Assembly (NCBI GenBank): GCA_963803435.1
Contig: CAWDML010000009.1
Span: 1,664,001 to 1,728,000 of the forward strand
Origin: an uncultured delta proteobacterium
GTDB taxonomy: Bacteria > Myxococcota > Kuafuiibacteriia > Kuafuiibacteriales > Kuafuiibacteriaceae
Reading direction: 5' to 3'
Length of the DNA: 64,000 nucleotides
Each line of letters begins with the position of its first letter. Positions within the stretch are counted from its first letter, which is position 1. Both the position numbers and the translations under genes were made by a program. Positions 11,089 through 21,026 of the stretch are shown piece after piece. Under the pieces are notes generated by a model. That model worked only from the letters and a program-made list of their open reading frames with translations. It was not told where the DNA came from and searched no databases.

Positions 11089-12103
11089 CGCGATCGTCAA
11101 GCTGGTCCGCCGAGAGGATCTGACGCACGAGGAGGCGGCCTCGGTGATGACCGAGATCATGGACGGCGCCCTCACGCACGCGCAGATGGGCGCCTTCTTG
11201 GCGGCGGTGGCGCAGAAGGGCGAGACCGGGGAGGAGCTGGCAGGCTTCGCGCGAGTGCTGCGCGAGAAGGCGCTCAAGGTGACGGCCGCCGGGACCCTCC
11301 TCGACACGTGCGGTACCGGCGGCAGCGGGCTCTCGACCCACAACACCTCGACGATGGTGGCGTTCGTGGCTGCGGAGGCGGGCGTTCGGGTCGCCAAGCA
11401 CGGCAACCGGGCCTCCACCGGCAAGTGCGGATCGATGGACGTGCTGGAGGCGCTCGGCGTCCCGTTCGACCTGGGGCCGCCGGCGGTCGAGGCGCTGATC
11501 GGCGAGCTCGGCGTCGGGTTCATGTTCGCGCCGCGCTTTCATCCGGCCATGAGGCATGTGTCGCCGGTGCGCAAGGAGCTGGGGGTGCGGAGCAGCTTCA
11601 ACTTTCTGGGACCGCTCGCGAACCCGGCGGGGACCCAGCGCCAGCTCCTCGGCGTCTCCGATCCGCGCCGCGCACCGCTGATGGTCGAGGCGCTCCTTCG
11701 CCTGGGGAGCGAGCGCGTGATGATCGTCTGCGGCGAGGACGGGCTCGACGAGATCACGCTGACCGGCTTCACCCGGGTCTGGGAGCTCGAGGGCGGAGCC
11801 GTCCACGGACATCGGATCGCACCGGAGGACGTGGGGCTCCGGCCGGTCTCGTTCTCGAGCATCGCGGGCGGTGAGCGGGCGGAGAACGCCCGGGCGCTGC
11901 TCGACATCCTCGGCGGCGCGCGGCGGGACACGGTCCGCGATCACGTGGCGCTGAACGCCGGGGCCGCGCTGCTGGTGGCCGGCGTCGCGAAGACCCTGCG
12001 CGAGGGCTTCGAGCGCGCGATCGCGATCCTGGCCTCCGGTGCGGCGCTTCGCCGATTCGAGCTCTACCGCGAGCGGGCGCGCGCCCTGGCGGAGACCGCT
12101 TGA
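11078..12103 (+). CDS. trpD: Anthranilate phosphoribosyltransferase
   Basis: DTCGTGG, N.ST, AKHGNR, FNFLGPLANP, DGLDEI. Confidence 0.95.
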   Translation: MYRDAIVKLVRREDLTHEEAASVMTEIMDGALTHAQMGAFLAAVAQKGETGEELAGFARVLREKALKVTAAGTLLDTCGTGGSGLSTHNTSTMVAFVAAEAGVRVAKHGNRASTGKCGSMDVLEALGVPFDLGPPAVEALIGELGVGFMFAPRFHPAMRHVSPVRKELGVRSSFNFLGPLANPAGTQRQLLGVSDPRRAPLMVEALLRLGSERVMIVCGEDGLDEITLTGFTRVWELEGGAVHGHRIAPEDVGLRPVSFSSIAGGERAENARALLDILGGARRDTVRDHVALNAGAALLVAGVAKTLREGFERAIAILASGAALRRFELYRERARALAETA

Positions 12104-12879
12104 GCCCGGTGCCGCTCAAGCGCGACATCCCCGGCGTGTTGGGGAAGATCGTGAACTCGACGCTGGCGCGCCTGCCCGAGCTCGAGCCCGAGCGCCGGGC
12201 GCCGCCACCCGAGCCGAGCTCCCGGGACCTGGCCGCGGCGCTCTCGCGAGAGGGACTGGGGCTGATCGCCGAGCTCAAGCGGCGCTCCCCGTCGCAGGGG
12301 GCGATCCGCGAGGGCTCCGATCCGGTCGAGATCGCCCGCATCTACGCCCGGCACGCCACCGCGATCTCGGTGCTGACCGACGCGCCGTTCTTCGGCGGGA
12401 GCCTGGAGACATTGGCCGCGGTCCGCCGAGCGGTCGGCGTACCGCTGTTGATGAAGGACTTCGTCGTCTCGGAGCTCCAGATTCACGCCGGCCGTCGCGC
12501 AGGAGCGGACGCGGTGCTCCTGATGGCCTCGCTGCTCCCGCCGGACTCGATCGAGATCCTGCTCGCCGCCGCCCGGGGCCTCGGCATGGAGGCGCTGGTC
12601 GAGGTCCACGACGCAGGCGAGCTCGCGGAGGTGCTCGGTACCAGCGCGCGCATCGTCGGGATCAACAACCGCGATCTGACGACGCTCGAGATCGACCTCG
12701 ACAACTTCGACCGGCTCCTCCCCTCGATCCCGCCCGACCGGATCGTGGTCGCCGAGAGCGGTGTCGAGACACGCGCCGACGTCGAGCGGCTCCGCGGGCG
12801 TGCGCATGCGGTCTTGATCGGGACCACGCTCATGCGCGCGTTCGACATCGAGGCCGCGATCGAGGCGCTGTCGTGGTGA
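12100..12879 (+). CDS. trpC: Indole-3-glycerol phosphate synthase
   Basis: IAELKRRSPS, ISVLTD, KDF, LVEVH, GINNRDL, AESG. Confidence 0.95.
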   Translation: MSPVPLKRDIPGVLGKIVNSTLARLPELEPERRAPPPEPSSRDLAAALSREGLGLIAELKRRSPSQGAIREGSDPVEIARIYARHATAISVLTDAPFFGGSLETLAAVRRAVGVPLLMKDFVVSELQIHAGRRAGADAVLLMASLLPPDSIEILLAAARGLGMEALVEVHDAGELAEVLGTSARIVGINNRDLTTLEIDLDNFDRLLPSIPPDRIVVAESGVETRADVERLRGRAHAVLIGTTLMRAFDIEAAIEALSW

Positions 12880-13475
12880 GGGTCAAGATCTGCGGCGTGC
12901 GCACGGTGGAGGCCGCCCAGGCGATCTCGGCGGCCGGCGCCGACCTGGCCGGGCTCAACTTCGTTCCCCACAGCCGCCGCCGGTTGGACCTCGAGATGGC
13001 CGCCTCGATCGTCCGCGCGCTCGGCGACGTCAGACCCGTCGGCGTCTTTGCCGGCGCGACCACGGCGGAGGTCGAAGAGATCGCGGACGGGCTCGGCCTC
13101 GAATGGATCCAGCTCCACGGCGACGAGCCGCAGCAGCTCAGCGCCGAGCTGAGCCGTCGCTTCCGCATCATCAAGGCGTTCTCGATCGACGACACCTTCA
13201 CGCCCGCGCAGCTCGAGGCCCACGTCCGCTGGGCGGAGCTCTTCCTCTTCGACGCGCCCCGCCCTGGCTCCGGCCTCACGTTCGACTGGAGCCGACTCCC
13301 GGAGAGCCCGCGCCCGTTCCTCCTGGCGGGCGGCCTCACCGCGGACAATGTCACCACCGCGATCGAGCGCGTGACGCCCTTCGGCGTGGACACGGCCTCG
13401 GGCGTCGAGACCGACGGGGTCCAGGATCCGGCCAAGATCGCCGCCTTCGTGGAAGCCTGCCGGACCGAGCGCTGA
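12876..13475 (+). CDS. trpF: Phosphoribosylanthranilate isomerase
   Basis: VKICG, QLHGDE, GSGLTFDW, LAGGL, GVDTASGVE. GTGA overlap with trpC. Confidence 0.95.
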   Translation: MRVKICGVRTVEAAQAISAAGADLAGLNFVPHSRRRLDLEMAASIVRALGDVRPVGVFAGATTAEVEEIADGLGLEWIQLHGDEPQQLSAELSRRFRIIKAFSIDDTFTPAQLEAHVRWAELFLFDAPRPGSGLTFDWSRLPESPRPFLLAGGLTADNVTTAIERVTPFGVDTASGVETDGVQDPAKIAAFVEACRTER

Positions 13476-13477
13476 GC

Positions 13478-14474
13478 CTACGGAATCTCCTCTTTGCTCC
13501 GATACGCGCGGTCCGGGAGCTCGTCCCCGGCGAGGAAGGCGCTGATGGTGGCGAAGAACAGAATCCTCCTCCTCTTCCATCGCGTTGTGCCCGCTGTGCT
13601 CGAACACGACCATGCGCGCGTTGGGCAGCGCGTCGAGCAACCACACCAGGCGCTCCTTCGGCGACGGCTCGCAGCGTCCCCAGGTCAGCAGGACCGGCCG
13701 ATCGATCTTCGCGAGCTTCTCCGCGAACACCCGCCGATCGAACGTCTCCAGGTAGTCGTTGATCCCCTGGCTCGCCCAGAAGCCGGCGCGCCCCTGGTCC
13801 GCGGTGGGCTTCTTCTTCTCCGGGCGCTGGCAGTACAGCGACGGGAACATCACCTCGGCCACCTGCAGAAACCGCGCGTCGAGCTCGTCCTCCGAGGCGT
13901 AGCTCTCGGCGGCGGCCTTGAGCGCCTGGAGACGGGTTCCGAACAGCTGCTTGTCGTCGTCGGTCATCTTCGCCATCTGGGCGTTCCGCTTCGCGGTGAC
14001 GAGGGCGTCGTCCTCCGGTCCGCCGGAGTACACGATCAGCTTGTCTACGTGCTCGGGGTGCTGGGCCGCGTAGAACACCGCGAGGGCGCCGCCGAAAGAG
14101 TGACCGATGATGTTGATGCGCTCGCGGCCGAGCTTCACGCGGAGGGCCTCCATGTCATCCACGTTCTGCTGGAGCGTGAGCCGATCCAGGGCCGAAGGAC
14201 CGCCCAGCCGCTCCGAAGCGCCGGTCCCGCGCTGGTCGTAGAGCACCACCCGGTACTGCGGCGCCATGCGCTCGAGCGGGCGCAGGCTCTGGTGATTGCC
14301 GCCCGGCCCGCCGTGCACCACCAGCAGCACGGGCGCGTCGAACGGACCGACGTCGCGCACGTACAGCCGGGTGTCGCGGATGCTCCACAACCCTACTCGC
14401 GCGGGCTGCGGCCCGGACGCGCATGCGAAAAGGGTGGGGAGGAGAAGGAGAATCCAACGAGCGGTCCGGTCCAT
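13478..14474 (-). CDS. Alpha/beta hydrolase lipoprotein, proline iminopeptidase-like (+1 frameshift at ~13562)
   Basis: Lipobox LFAC, HGGPG, YDQRG.G.S, GHSFGG, SGH. Correcting GAATC to GATC gives the C-terminus ...[29 protein letters not shown] at 13478. Confidence 0.8.
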
Positions 14475-14537
14475 GTGCGTCGGATCGGAAGGAGAAGAAT
14501 TGGGCATGTCAACATGCGAGCGTGCTACCTTTCGAGC

Positions 14538-15707
14538 GTGCGCTCCCTGGGCAAATTCGGCCCCTATGGGGGAATGTTCGTGGCCGAGCTTCTGGTCCCC
14601 GCGCTCGAGGAGCTCGAGGACGCGTTCGAGTCCGCCCGACGCGATCCGCTGTTCCAGGCCGAGCTCGATCGCCTGCTCGCCACCTATGCCGGCCGGCCCA
14701 CGCCGCTCTACCTCGCAGAGAACCTCTCCGCCGACGCCGGTCGCAAGATCTACCTGAAGCGCGAGGACCTCCTCCACGGCGGAGCGCACAAGACGAACAA
14801 CACCATCGGACAGGGGCTCCTGGCGCGACGCATGGGGAAGACCAAGCTGATCGCGGAGACCGGCGCAGGTCAGCACGGCGTCGCCACGGCGCTCGTGGGC
14901 GCGCTCCTCGGCATGGAGGTCACGATCTTCATGGGCGCGAAGGACGTCGCGCGCCAGCGCCCCAACGTGCAGCGCATGGAGCTCTTCGGAGCACAGGTCC
15001 GTCCGGTCGAGTCGGGCGCCGCCACGCTCAAGGAGGCGATCAACGAGACGCTCCGCTACTGGACTGAGCACGTCAGAGATACGTTCTACGTCTTCGGCAC
15101 CGTCGCGGGTCCCCATCCCTATCCCACGATCGTTCGTCACTTTCAGCGGGTCATCGGGTACGAGGCCAAGCAGCAGTTCCTGTTCTGGGAGGGCAAGCTC
15201 CCCACCGCGGCGATCGCCTGCGTCGGAGGCGGCAGCAACGCGATCGGTCTGTTCGCCGATCTGCTCGACGACGCGGAGGTGAAGCTGTACGGCGTCGAGG
15301 CCGGCGGCGAGGGCCTCGACACGGGACGGCACGGCGCCACGCTCGAGCGCGGTCGCCCGGGCTGCCTGCACGGATCCATCTCGTACGTGCTTCAGGACGA
15401 GCAGGGCCAGATCTTGGAGGCCCACAGCATCTCCGCCGGGCTCGACTACCCGGGCGTCGGACCCGAGCACAGCTACCTCAAGGACTCGGGCCGCGTGGAG
15501 TACGTGTCGATCACCGATCGCGAGGCCCTCGAGGCGTTCCGCTGGCTGGCCCGCCGCGAAGGCATCATCCCCGCCCTCGAGTCCTCGCACGCGATCGCGT
15601 TCGCGCGAAAGGTGGCGCCCACCCTCGACGACGACGCGATGTTGCTGGTCAACCTCTCCGGCCGCGGAGACAAGGATCTCTCCCACGCGATCGAGACGCT
15701 CGGATGA
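14538..15707 (+). CDS. trpB: Tryptophan synthase beta chain
   Basis: [59 protein letters not shown]. Confidence 0.97.
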   Translation: MRSLGKFGPYGGMFVAELLVPALEELEDAFESARRDPLFQAELDRLLATYAGRPTPLYLAENLSADAGRKIYLKREDLLHGGAHKTNNTIGQGLLARRMGKTKLIAETGAGQHGVATALVGALLGMEVTIFMGAKDVARQRPNVQRMELFGAQVRPVESGAATLKEAINETLRYWTEHVRDTFYVFGTVAGPHPYPTIVRHFQRVIGYEAKQQFLFWEGKLPTAAIACVGGGSNAIGLFADLLDDAEVKLYGVEAGGEGLDTGRHGATLERGRPGCLHGSISYVLQDEQGQILEAHSISAGLDYPGVGPEHSYLKDSGRVEYVSITDREALEAFRWLARREGIIPALESSHAIAFARKVAPTLDDDAMLLVNLSGRGDKDLSHAIETLG

Positions 15708-16517
15708 GCCGCCTGAGCGATCGTCTCAGCACGCTCAAGGCTGCCGGCGAGGGCGCCTTCGTGCCGTTCCTGGTGATCGGCGATCCCGATCTGCCCACCA
15801 GCCAATCGCTGGTCGACGCGCTCGAGCCGCATGCCGACATCCTCGAGTTCGGCCTCGCCTTCAGCGATCCGCCCGCCGACGGTCCGGTGATCCAGGCCGC
15901 CGACAAGCGCGCTCTCACCGCCGGGGTCACCACCGAGGATGCCTTCCGCTTCTTGGCCGCCGTCCGGGCCCGGACCGAGGTGCCGATCGCGCTGCTCATC
16001 TACTACAACCTGATCCTGAACCAGGGCGTCGATCGCTTCTATGCGCGTGCGGCAGAGGCCGGCGTCGACGCGATCCTGGTCGCGGACCTCCCCATCGAGG
16101 AGGCCGACGAGGCCCTCGCCGCCGCCGATCGTCACGGCATCGCGCCGGTGTTCATCGTCAGCGAGCTCACCACCCGCGCGCGGCTGACCGCGATCGCCGC
16201 CCGCTCGCGCGGCTACCTGTACCTGGTCGCGCGCCTCGGCGTGACTGGAGAGCGCACCGCCGGCCCCGATCATCCCGGGCTGGCCGCCACGATCTCCCAG
16301 ATCCGCGAGGCGACGGACCTCCCGATCCTCGCCGGCTTCGGGCTCTCTCTGCCCGAGCACGTACGCGCCGTTCGGGCGGCCGGTGCGGACGGCGCGATTC
16401 TCGGGGAGCGCCGTGGTCCGGCGCGTCGAGCAGAACCTCGGCGATCACACCCGCATGCGAGCCGCGCTGGGCGAGCTGGCCCGCAGCATGAAGGCCGCGA
16501 CGAGAGGAAGAGACTGA
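15704..16517 (+). CDS. trpA: Tryptophan synthase alpha chain (+1 frameshift at ~16398)
   Basis: [32 protein letters not shown] to GATC restores the canonical GAISGSAVV and a TGA at 16515-16517. Confidence 0.95.
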
Positions 16518-17533
16518 TGCTCATCTTGATGAAGAACGGTGCCACGGAAGAGGACATCGCCCGGGTCACCGAGGCGATCGAGGCGATGGGCTACGAGGCT
16601 CGCGCCATCCCCGGCCAGCAGCGAACTGCCATCGGTCTGGTCGGAAACGATCGTCGCGTCGACAGCTCCACGCTCGAGGGACTGCCCGGTGTCCTCGAGA
16701 TCATCCACGTCTCGGCGCCGTACAAGCTGGTGAGCCGGGAGTGGAAGCCGTCGAACACGATCATCCGGCTCGAGAACGGCACCGAGATCGGCGGGAACCG
16801 CGTGGTGATGATGGGCGGGCCCTGCTCCGTCGAGCACGAGGAGCAGATCATGACCGCGGCCCAGCATGTGAAGGCGGCCGGGGCCACTGTGCTGCGCGGC
16901 GGCGCGTTCAAGCCGCGGACCTCTCCGTACGCGTTTCAGGGCCTCGAGCGCGAAGGCCTCGAGCTGCTCGCCAAGGCCAGCAAGACGTATCAGCTCGCGG
17001 TCACCACGGAAGCGATCGATCAAGCGTCCGTCGATCTGATCGCCGAGTACGCTGACATCATCCAGATCGGCGCGCGCAACATGGCGAACTACGCCCTGCT
17101 GCGCTACGTGGGAAAGCTCAAGAAGCCGGTGCTGCTCAAGCGAGGGATGTCGGCGACGCTCCAGGAGCTGCTCCTGGCGGCGGAGTACATCCTCGCCGGC
17201 GGCAACGATCAGGTGATCCTCTGCGAGCGCGGCATCCGCGGCTTCGACAACATGACTCGCAACGTGTTCGACGTCTCCGCCGTCCCGATCCTGAAGTCGC
17301 TCTCGCACCTTCCGGTGATCGCCGATCCGTCCCACGGCACCGGCCGTCGCGATCAGGTCACGGTCATGGCGCGCGCCGCGATCGCCGCCGGCGCCGACGG
17401 CCTGATCGTGGAGATGCACCCCCAGCCCGAGAGGGCGCTCTCCGATGGGGCCCAATCCCTGTATCCAAAGCAGTTCCAGGACATGGTGGACCAGGTCCGG
17501 CGCGTCGCTGCGGCCATCGACCGCGCCCTCTGA
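16517..17533 (+). CDS. aroF: DAHP synthase (class I-beta with N-terminal ferredoxin-like domain)
   Basis: [48 protein letters not shown] coupling to trpA. Confidence 0.95.
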   Translation: MLILMKNGATEEDIARVTEAIEAMGYEARAIPGQQRTAIGLVGNDRRVDSSTLEGLPGVLEIIHVSAPYKLVSREWKPSNTIIRLENGTEIGGNRVVMMGGPCSVEHEEQIMTAAQHVKAAGATVLRGGAFKPRTSPYAFQGLEREGLELLAKASKTYQLAVTTEAIDQASVDLIAEYADIIQIGARNMANYALLRYVGKLKKPVLLKRGMSATLQELLLAAEYILAGGNDQVILCERGIRGFDNMTRNVFDVSAVPILKSLSHLPVIADPSHGTGRRDQVTVMARAAIAAGADGLIVEMHPQPERALSDGAQSLYPKQFQDMVDQVRRVAAAIDRAL

Positions 17534-17555
17534 TCCGTTTTCTCCTCTCGCCCGC

Positions 17556-17584
17556 TTGACATGCGGCCGCGATCGGCCTATTTG
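17556..17584 (+). promoter_or_regulatory. sigma70-type promoter
   Basis: Perfect TTGACA (17556-17561), 17-nt spacer, TATTTG (17579-17584). Confidence 0.6.
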
Positions 17585-17586
17585 AT

Positions 17587-17605
17587 ATTGAGAATCGTTC
17601 TCAAT
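17587..17605. promoter_or_regulatory. Fur box
   Basis: ATTGAGAAT-C-GTTCTCAAT is a 9-1-9 inverted repeat (8/9 symmetric), AT-rich, just downstream of the promoter. fur lies 3.4 kb away. Confidence 0.8.
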
Positions 17606-17700
17606 CGCAAGAAAGAATCCCTTACCTATGGGCGTCCTGGGGGGACTGCTCGGTGAGCCTCGAACCCTCCTCAGACTTCGAGCAGTGCCCCCCGCCCTTT
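17590..17700 (+). ncRNA. Candidate Fur-regulated sRNA or structured 5' leader
   Basis: GGGGGGACTGCTCG (17639-17652) pairs with CGAGCAGT-G-CCCCCC (17679-17693). The apical loop contains CCCTCC, and TTT follows. Confidence 0.45.
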
Positions 17701-17743
17701 CCGATCTCGACCCGCCGACTTCAACCGTCCTAGTTCCGAGCGC

Positions 17744-18733
17744 GTGAAGCTCTCCACCTTCGCCCTCGCCCCGACCGCCCTCCTGCTGTTCGCCTGCGGC
17801 GGCTCCGCAGACGACGGGGGGGACGACCTGACCGCCGGCCCACCCCAGTGCCAGTCCAGCGCGTACATCGCGTTCGATCCCGCCAACCTCCAGGCCGGGC
17901 GCGACCGCGTGACCGCCTTCGAGCAGATGACGTCGCTCCTCGACGAAGGCAGCTTCGCGGACGCCCAGACGCGCTACCAGAGCGCGGGCCTGCGCGAGAC
18001 CGTCACCGCGCTCTCGGCGCCCTTCGACACCGCGATCCTCGATGCCCTCGACGAGGGTCGGACCGCGACCACGGCACACGCCGCCGACCTCGCGAAGGAG
18101 AACGTGGAGGGCCGGCTCGTCCACGTCTTCTTCCTCTCCATCCGGGCGGGTCTGAGCGCCGGCGAGCCGGCCCGCTGGGACGCCGCCTTCGCCGATTGGG
18201 GCGCGGACAGGTCGAACGCGGACACCGCGCGCCGAGGCCTGGCGGCGCTCACCACCGAGCGCGACGCGGCCAACGCCGCCCAGCTCGCGGAGACCATCTT
18301 CAACGGCCTGGTCGACGGGAGCTGCGGGCTGGCCCAGGCGCTGGCCAACGCGGGCGGCACGTCGCTCGACCCTTCGACGGTACCCGAGCTGAGCGCCGTC
18401 ATCGACGAGGTCGATCTCGATCTGGAGCGCGCCATCGCGTTCATGGCCGCCCACGCCGGCATCGAGATGGCCACCAGCCAGGAAGGCCTCGGGACGGATC
18501 CCGACGCCGGCGGCGCGGTCGAGGTCCAGCTGCTCGCGTTCGAGCTGCTGTTCCAGCCGCTCGAGCCCCTGATGACCGCCCGCGGGGGCGACTCCGCCGA
18601 TCGCGCCGCCCGCATCCGCAGCGCCCTCCAGACCGCCTGGGACGACCCGACCGGCCGCTGGAAGGCCCTGTTCGACCCGGGCCCCCTGGTCAGCGACCTC
18701 GAGGACGAGTACGGGATCGTCGTTCAAGGGTGA
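17744..18733 (+). CDS. Hypothetical acidic, helical lipoprotein (possibly iron-related)
   Basis: Lipobox LLFAC. Good GC3 codon pattern. Downstream of the Fur box. No family recognised. Confidence 0.75.
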   Translation: MKLSTFALAPTALLLFACGGSADDGGDDLTAGPPQCQSSAYIAFDPANLQAGRDRVTAFEQMTSLLDEGSFADAQTRYQSAGLRETVTALSAPFDTAILDALDEGRTATTAHAADLAKENVEGRLVHVFFLSIRAGLSAGEPARWDAAFADWGADRSNADTARRGLAALTTERDAANAAQLAETIFNGLVDGSCGLAQALANAGGTSLDPSTVPELSAVIDEVDLDLERAIAFMAAHAGIEMATSQEGLGTDPDAGGAVEVQLLAFELLFQPLEPLMTARGGDSADRAARIRSALQTAWDDPTGRWKALFDPGPLVSDLEDEYGIVVQG

Positions 18734-18794
18734 GACGAGGGAAGACGGGCGAAATCGAGCGGTTGAGGCGGCTCGATTGCGCTCGTCCCCTGAT

Positions 18795-18819
18795 TTTGAT
18801 AATGACTTGCATTATCAAA
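18795..18819. promoter_or_regulatory. Fur box
   Basis: TTTGATAATG-ACTTG-CATTATCAAA is a perfect 10-5-10 inverted repeat. The core GATAATGACTTGCATTATC matches the classical GATAATGATAATCATTATC at 15/19. Confidence 0.9.
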
Positions 18820-19377
18820 GAGCGAGGTCCCATCGCGCTTTTGGCGCTCTCGTTGTTGATGGCGCCGTCGCTCGCCTGGGCCGACGACGTCTACTGGACG
18901 ACGCCCACCCTCCTGAAGGACTTCTTCAAGACCTCCGAGAGGGTGACCTACGTGCGGATTCAGGGGCCCGAGGCCCTCGCCGCGCTCCGGGCGCTGCTCG
19001 GCTACAGCCCGAAGAAGCAGAGCTACGTGGTCTTTGTCGCCAAGACGCGCGAGCACGTCGACGGCTACGCCGTGATCGACGAGGAGATGGGCCAGCACCA
19101 GCCGATCACGTTCGGGGTGAAGATCTCGCCCGCCGGGCAGGTCGAGCGGCTCGAGGTGATGGTGTACCGCGAGGGCTACGGTAGCGAGATCCGCGAGCCT
19201 CGATTCCGCCGGCAGTTCGAAGGCATGACCGAGCACGATCGGATGCGCTTCGGAGACGACGTCGTCGCCATCTCGGGCGCCACCATCTCCTCGAAGGCCA
19301 TGACGGCGGGCGTCCGCCGCGCGGTCGCGCTGGTGACGGTGGCCGAGCGACAGGTCGTGCTCGCCGCCGCCCGCTGA
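18802..19377 (+). CDS. Exported FMN-binding (flavinylated) domain protein
   Basis: Signal peptide ending AWA-DD, G.HQPITFGV.I, YRE.YG.EI...F..QF.G, and the flavinylation motif D..AISGATISS. Confidence 0.85.
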   Translation: MTCIIKERGPIALLALSLLMAPSLAWADDVYWTTPTLLKDFFKTSERVTYVRIQGPEALAALRALLGYSPKKQSYVVFVAKTREHVDGYAVIDEEMGQHQPITFGVKISPAGQVERLEVMVYREGYGSEIREPRFRRQFEGMTEHDRMRFGDDVVAISGATISSKAMTAGVRRAVALVTVAERQVVLAAAR

Positions 19378-19952
19378 TGCGCCACTTCGCAAAACCAAGC
19401 ACGCTCGAACGGCTCTCGCTCGAGGCGCGCCTCATCTACACGATCTTCTGTCTCTTCATGCTGGCCGGCTACGCCACCAGCGTGTGGTTCTACCTCGACG
19501 ATGACCTCGGCGCGGCGCCCGCCGGCGCCGAGCGCTACTACCGGGGCGCCACGAAGGTGCCGGCGACCGAGGAGCCGGCCGGCGGACCCTCGCTCGATCT
19601 CCCCGGCGACACCCGAGCGGAGCCGGCGCTGCGCCTGGAGAAACCGGCGCGCCAGGTGATGGAGACGTTCCACTTCCACCTCTTCAGCGTCCCGATCTGC
19701 CTCCTGATCCTCGCGCACATCTTCATGATGGGGCGCGAGTCCACGCGGACGAAGGTGCTCACGATCGGCGTCGCCAGCGCGGCCACGTTCGTCCACCTGA
19801 TGACGCCGCCGTTGATCCGCTTCGCCGCCCGCGGCTTCGCCTTTCTCATGTTCCCCAGCGCGATCTGCATGGGCGCGACCTGGCTCTACATGACGGTCAG
19901 CCCGATCGTTCAGATGTGGCGGGGCCTCAGGGCGTCGGCGACCGCTGAATGA
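19377..19952 (+). CDS. 4-TM His-containing membrane protein (putative cytochrome b-like partner)
   Basis: TGATG-coupled to the FMN-binding gene. Four hydrophobic segments with His in or near the TMs (ETFHFHLF, LAHIF, FVHL). Confidence 0.65.
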   Translation: MRHFAKPSTLERLSLEARLIYTIFCLFMLAGYATSVWFYLDDDLGAAPAGAERYYRGATKVPATEEPAGGPSLDLPGDTRAEPALRLEKPARQVMETFHFHLFSVPICLLILAHIFMMGRESTRTKVLTIGVASAATFVHLMTPPLIRFAARGFAFLMFPSAICMGATWLYMTVSPIVQMWRGLRASATAE

Positions 19953-20988
19953 GCAACCGTCCCGCGAGCCCGGTCGACAGCACCACCTGATTGTCGGCGC
20001 CCACGATCACGGCCTCGACGCCGGGCAGCGACTCGACCAGCGCCATCCCGCGCTCGGGTCCCATCACGAACAGCGCGGTGGAGAGCGCGTCGGCGGTGGT
20101 GGCGTCCTCCGCAAGGACCGTTGCGCTCCGCGAGGCGGTCGCCGGATACCCGCTCGCCGGGTCGATGATGTGGTGATAGCGCACGCCGTCGGCCATGAAG
20201 AAGCGCTCGTAGTCGCCACTGGTGTCGAAGGCGCGATCGGAGAGGTCGATGACTGCGAAGCTGCCCTCGCCGCGCGGATCGCGGAGCCCGACGCGCCAAG
20301 GCCGGCCCCCCTTGGTCCCGGCGGCGAACAGCTCCCCGCCCGCCTTGATGAGGAAGCTCTCGACACCGCGCGCCCGCAGGAGGGCGGCCGCCCGATCGGT
20401 CGCATAGCCCTTGGCGATGCCGCCCAGGCCGAGCTTCATCCCGGCCGTGTGAAGAAAGACGGTCCGACGGGCGGGATCGAGCGTCACCTTGCGCCAGTCG
20501 ATGAGCGGGCGCCTCCGCTCCACCTCCTCGCGAGCGGGCGGCCGGCGCACGCCGTCGTCCCCGAACGTCCACAGACCCCACATCGAGGCGAACGTCGGAT
20601 CGAAGGCACCATCGGTGAGCCTCGACAGCGCGAGCGCCCGAGACAGCAGGTCGAAGAGCTCTTGATCGACCTCGACCGCGCGGAGGCCCGCCCCCGCGTT
20701 CACGGCCGAGAGCTGACTGCCGGTCTTCCACTCGCTCATCGATCGATCGATGCGATCGAACTCCGCGAAGACCGCCTCGGCGGCGACGTTCGCCTCCGCC
20801 TCCGGGATCCCGGGCAACGAGAGCTCGACGTAGGTACCCATCACCGGACGGACGCGCTTCGTCAGGTCGCCGGTCGTGCGCGTCCGATCCGCCTCGGGCG
20901 GGATGTCGAGGACCGGCCCGGCGGCGTCGCGGCACGCGAATATGAGGAGGAGCGCAGCGGTTTCGACGCGCTTCAACGCGGGTGACAC
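19927..20988 (-). CDS. apbE: FAD:protein FMN transferase (ApbE) lipoprotein
   Basis: VMGT, TDGAFDPT, LGGIAKGYA.D, TSGDYERF, YHHIIDP.SGYP, ADALSTA. Lipobox IFAC. Confidence 0.95.
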   Translation of the reverse strand: MSPALKRVETAALLLIFACRDAAGPVLDIPPEADRTRTTGDLTKRVRPVMGTYVELSLPGIPEAEANVAAEAVFAEFDRIDRSMSEWKTGSQLSAVNAGAGLRAVEVDQELFDLLSRALALSRLTDGAFDPTFASMWGLWTFGDDGVRRPPAREEVERRRPLIDWRKVTLDPARRTVFLHTAGMKLGLGGIAKGYATDRAAALLRARGVESFLIKAGGELFAAGTKGGRPWRVGLRDPRGEGSFAVIDLSDRAFDTSGDYERFFMADGVRYHHIIDPASGYPATASRSATVLAEDATTADALSTALFVMGPERGMALVESLPGVEAVIVGADNQVVLSTGLAGRLLIQRSPTP

Positions 20989-21026
20989 TCCGAGCCCAAG
21001 CCACGGTATGCTAGGTGTCCCGAGCG

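Noticed and set aside
15704-17533. Apparent TrpA-DAHP synthase fusion
   Set aside because: A one-base correction restores the TrpA GAISGS motif and a TGATG junction.
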